Source: Ramazzottius varieornatus
Taxonomy: Eukaryota; Animalia; Tardigrada
DNA: 64,000 nt
Direction of reading: 5' to 3'
Assembly (NCBI GenBank): GCA_001949185.1
Contig: BDGG01000009.1
Coordinates: forward strand, 547,624-611,623
In this document: one piece after another, positions 60,471-64,000 of the stretch
How positions within the stretch are numbered: position 1 is the first letter of the stretch
How the letters are laid out: each line of letters begins with the position of its first letter
The notes under the pieces: generated by a model
What the model saw: only the letters and a program-made list of their open reading frames with translations
Database searches by the model: none
Told to the model about the DNA's origin: nothing
Position numbers and translations under genes: made by a program

Positions 60471-61395
60471 TCTTGATAACCTGCAAAAACAATGTCACGA
60501 TCGATACAGTCAACCGAAAATGGATCTTCTAGTGGAAACTATTCTCATCATTCCACACAGCTGAAGCATATCAAAGTACAAGCGATTATAGATAATCAAC
60601 ATAGCTCAACGCTGATTCACGAATTCGGCACAGCATCAATGTACTCACGTTTGTCAGCAGATGACAGCGGGCAATCAGTCTTGAGGAAGAAAGTTGGGTA
60701 CTCCGGCGATCAAAATATATAAATAGACCGGATCATGCGACACTTCCGTGTTTCGAATTCCACAGAGCCGCGGTCCTGCATACAGATCAAAATAGAAAAT
60801 AAGTTCACACTGGCGTGCAAACATGCAAGAGAAGCAGCTGTCGCTGTACAACTCACGTAACGTTAGGGTTAACTTACGGAGGAGACAGTCGTCGGCTGGT
60901 AAGGACTCAAACCAAACAACTGAAACAAGTGAGCTTCCTAAGGGCTCAATGTGGTTACATGCTAATGATGACTGGGAAGCTGCGGACTTCAGACTCCAGT
61001 CAACAGGAAAACAAATACGTGAAGTAGTCACGGTGCTGCGAAGAATTCCAGCATGTTCCAAACTTTTGAAGCGACTCTTCTCAGCCCAGCAGCAGGTTCA
61101 GGCGGAAGGATGGCCAAATGTTCCGAAAGCAATGCAGTGAGTTGATGACAGAGGAGCGGACGAGATGACCGTATAACTTACATCTGACGTGAACGAAGGT
61201 CCGGAAATGCTAACTCGGGGTTTTTCCAGAATTTTCAGACAGCCCCGTCACAAGTCCGGGATTAGAGAAATTGCGGAATTACTTGGAACAGACCTTATCA
61301 GGGTTGGAGTCACGCCTACAAACAGGCCTATAGTTTCAAATCAGGGTGCGTTGAATCGCAAAGTGTTTGTTGTGGTTTGTTATAGCTTTGTCTTG

Positions 61396-61970
61396 TAGAG
61401 ACCGAGATCTGGCCGCATACGCTGTACTGCGCTGCAGCTGCGCTGCGCAGCAGTGCAGTTGTAGCGTTCACTTTGGCGTTTGTGTGCAGCGCAGCGAAGT
61501 ATGCAGCGTGTGGCAAGCTAACGCAGCGCAGCTGCAAACGTCACAAAAAGACGGTTTTCGGTTTTCAAACTGAGAATCTCCCGGTTGGTGGCCGTTATCA
61601 AACCCTTGCTTACTAGGTGTTTTCTGCTTGCTGATAAAACACCGACTGGTCGCGCAAGCTCGCCCCGAAATAGTGTTTTGCCCAGCCGTAAAGCGCCTGG
61701 TAGTTAATCGTACAAATTTAGCTCCTCAAACTTTAAGCGATCTCATGGTTGTCCAGTCTAATTCTGAATTTGAGAATGTCTAATTTTGTATTTGGGAATT
61801 TTAAGTTCGAAATTGAACCGTAGCGCAGTTGCCTCGCACGTACAGTAAGGTGCAGCGCAGCTGCACCGTCGGTCCAGTCCAGATTCACGCAGCGCAGCGC
61901 AGTTGCCGAGTACCAGAAAAGGGCGCAGCGCAGATGCAGTGTACTTTTTGACCTGCGGCCCAGGTCTCTA
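61396..61970. mobile_element. Non-autonomous hAT-type element (family A relative, opposite orientation to 17380-17766)
   Basis: TIR TAGAGACC/GGTCTCTA, 8-bp TSD TTGTCTTG (61388-61395, 61971-61978), subterminal GCGCAGC/GCTGCGC arrays. Confidence 0.9.
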
Positions 61971-62029
61971 TTGTCTTGCTGACGTTTCCGGCTATTACTA
62001 CTTCTACCCTTCCGCACAGAGCTTCCTCG

Positions 62030-63200
62030 CGCAGAGAAGCCTTGATCTGGAGGTCTCTTATCTGTGCTGAAAGGCAGGAAGCAAAGAAAGGAGGCTTGAG
62101 TCTGTTTCGGACGGATCTGTCGGGGAAACCACGAGAAAGCGCTCGACGGCCATCAGCAATATGCAAAAGGTACGATTATCCGACGGAACCTCCTTTGGCC
62201 AGCCAAATCCTTCCACGATTAGGAGCCCGGTGTTTCAGGAGTGATGCGCAACCAATACACCGTAGGCACGTAGTGATCTCATTTTTACGGTGTGTGACGT
62301 CATGTTATGAAATTGTTTTTGAAGCCATGTTACTTGCTATTGCATTACGATTAGTGACGCATGCGCTAATTAAACTGTCATTCGCTTCCCCTCTCTGCAG
62401 ATCCAGGAAGAATTCTTCCTACACAGGATGTTTGAAGCTGTTTCCCCTAAATCAAACCCATCCTTACCACATCGTGAACATGGACTAGACTTCTGTCAGA
62501 CAGCAGAACACGTATAAGAGGACGCTATCTCCAACAGGTGCAAAGGAAGTTCGAGTTGTGCAGCCTTCAGGAGATCCCGAATGCCTCACGGTGTGCTTCA
62601 AGATTTGCGCTGACGGCTCAAAACTCCCCGCTTCCATTGTGTTCAAAGGCAGCAAGAACGGAAAGCAGTCGCCAAGAATCCTCAACAAGTTGGTGATCCC
62701 CGAGAACGTGAGCATCTCCAGTACTTATTCGGGGTGGTGGAATTCGGCTTCTGATCAGTTTTTGATAAGCGAAACGTTCGACTAAAGACACGATGGTGGA
62801 ACTCTGATTCGCGATCGTGCGCCAGCTCATAGGAGTTCCAAAAGTCAGCTTCCACTGGAAAATCTGGGTATTGAACACGTTTTCATTGCCGCTGGACTCA
62901 CTGGCACCTATCAACCTCTCGACGTAGGTGTTAACTCTTCCTTTAAATCGTACCTGCGGCGATCTTACCATGTCTGGAGGGATGATCTTACCAAGAGTGG
63001 GTACTTGAAGAGGCCGAGCCGCCAAGACTCCATCCATTTTTTTCGTAAGCTTGGGACAAAATCAAGATTTCCACGGTAGAAATTTCTTTGTTGGAGCTAA
63101 TATTATGCCAGATCATTTGTGCATGTTAGCTGGGCAGGAAGAGATTATGTATAGTACGGAAGATTTGGAGACCTCTTTCCAGTGTAGTTTCGGCTCGGTG
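62030..63200 (+). pseudogene. Decayed pogo/Tigger-type (DDE_1, CENP-B-like) transposase
   Basis: IVNMD*T, LTVCFKICADGSKLP..VFKG, SGWWN, and in another frame AGLTGTYQPLDVGVNSSFK; in-frame stops and frameshifts. Confidence 0.85.
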
Positions 63201-64000
63201 GGAGATTCATTCGCAGAAAAATAAAGCGTTACCGTGTATGAAAATTGATTGACGAGCCTTTGATCGACGACCTGGTTGTTTTTCTTTACCCGGCAGGTAA
63301 TATTTACGGGCCTGTCACGTGACTGCGCAGCACCTCAGAGGGAATACAGTACATCCATGCGGCGTCTAAACTCATTCCCACACGCTCAAACACCAACAAT
63401 AGAACGAATTTATGCGCAAGACGATGAATGAGCAGTTTTACGCAGAAATGTGAAGCGATGTGCCTTTTTCGCAGCGGACTTCCATTGCATACCGGTGGGC
63501 TGAGTGGGCTGAGACGGAGCAGCATGATTCAAATATCACTTTTTTCCTTGCGCCCGGAACTTCCAGGTACCGATGAACAATACCCTAAAAGTCTAAGCTC
63601 TGTTTCACTAACGATGGACCTCAAGACTTTCCAAACGGTAGACCTCCTAAAGAACCACTTAACCCAGACTGGCTTTAGATGTTCAAACAGCTCGAAGGGC
63701 TATCAAATGGCCGTTCCACAAAGCTGAGATTACCTCTCAATCATCCCGCTACCGGGGAAGATCAGCTGATAAGATCTGTGATGGTGATGTATGGTTCTGA
63801 ACGGAATCGTACGCATGATCAGGTCCGAGTCCGCGAGTGCAGCTGTTCCATTCAATCAAGCAGTATCAGAAATGCTGGTTAGTCAGACGATCAGTGATCG
63901 GAACAACAGGCGAAGCGGTTACATAGTCGCTATCTTTGCATGATGATCCCTGATCGTGCGTGTGATCAGTCGAGTAATTCTCTCTGTTTCGTCGTCTTTT

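Noticed and set aside
61160-63320. Terminal inverted repeats for the pogo-like element
   Set aside because: Candidate CCGT/ACGG ends do not pair convincingly, so only the transposase remnant is reported.
60500-64000. tRNA, rRNA or snoRNA genes here or elsewhere in the window
   Set aside because: No cloverleaf, rRNA or paired C/D box structure could be supported by eye; an Infernal/tRNAscan run would be needed.

Overview
This is a gene-dense, intron-rich eukaryotic (animal) genomic window of roughly 46-48% GC by eye, with short GT-AG introns. The style suggests a compact invertebrate genome such as a tardigrade; that is inference, not verified. About 20 protein genes can be reconstructed by splicing. 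In order: the 3' end of ATG12, a SMYD SET/MYND protein, NAA80, a secreted VWC-repeat protein, an intronless class A GPCR, a ZSWIM2-like SWIM-RING protein, IDI1, EMC6, two tandem RUS1/RUSF1 paralogues, a DMAC1-like gene and an unknown acidic protein. Then: a 57-aa secreted peptide missed by the ORF track, a 4-TM PPxY protein, a secreted S/Y/P/G-rich protein, a Sushi-Sushi-MAM membrane protein, POLG, MICOS10, an SLC7 cationic amino acid transporter, an unknown frameshifted membrane protein and a SID-1/SIDT family gene. Mobile DNA includes three hAT-type non-autonomous elements with perfect 8-bp TSDs (one nested in another MITE), a decayed pogo/Tigger DDE transposase, and a ~215-bp-arm inverted repeat around an exon-like fragment. 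The dominant unexplained structure is a dispersed palindromic element at about 44 loci (~10% of the window), as ~120-bp monomers or ~200-bp dimers. Its core is AAGTGGCGCAC-N25-GTGCGCCACTT, with a variable spacer of nearly fixed length. It lies mostly inside introns (usually one per intron), in no coding exon I reconstructed, and leaves a ~70-80-nt residual intron when subtracted. Exon boundaries were read by eye; repeat boundaries are approximate (+/-15 bp).
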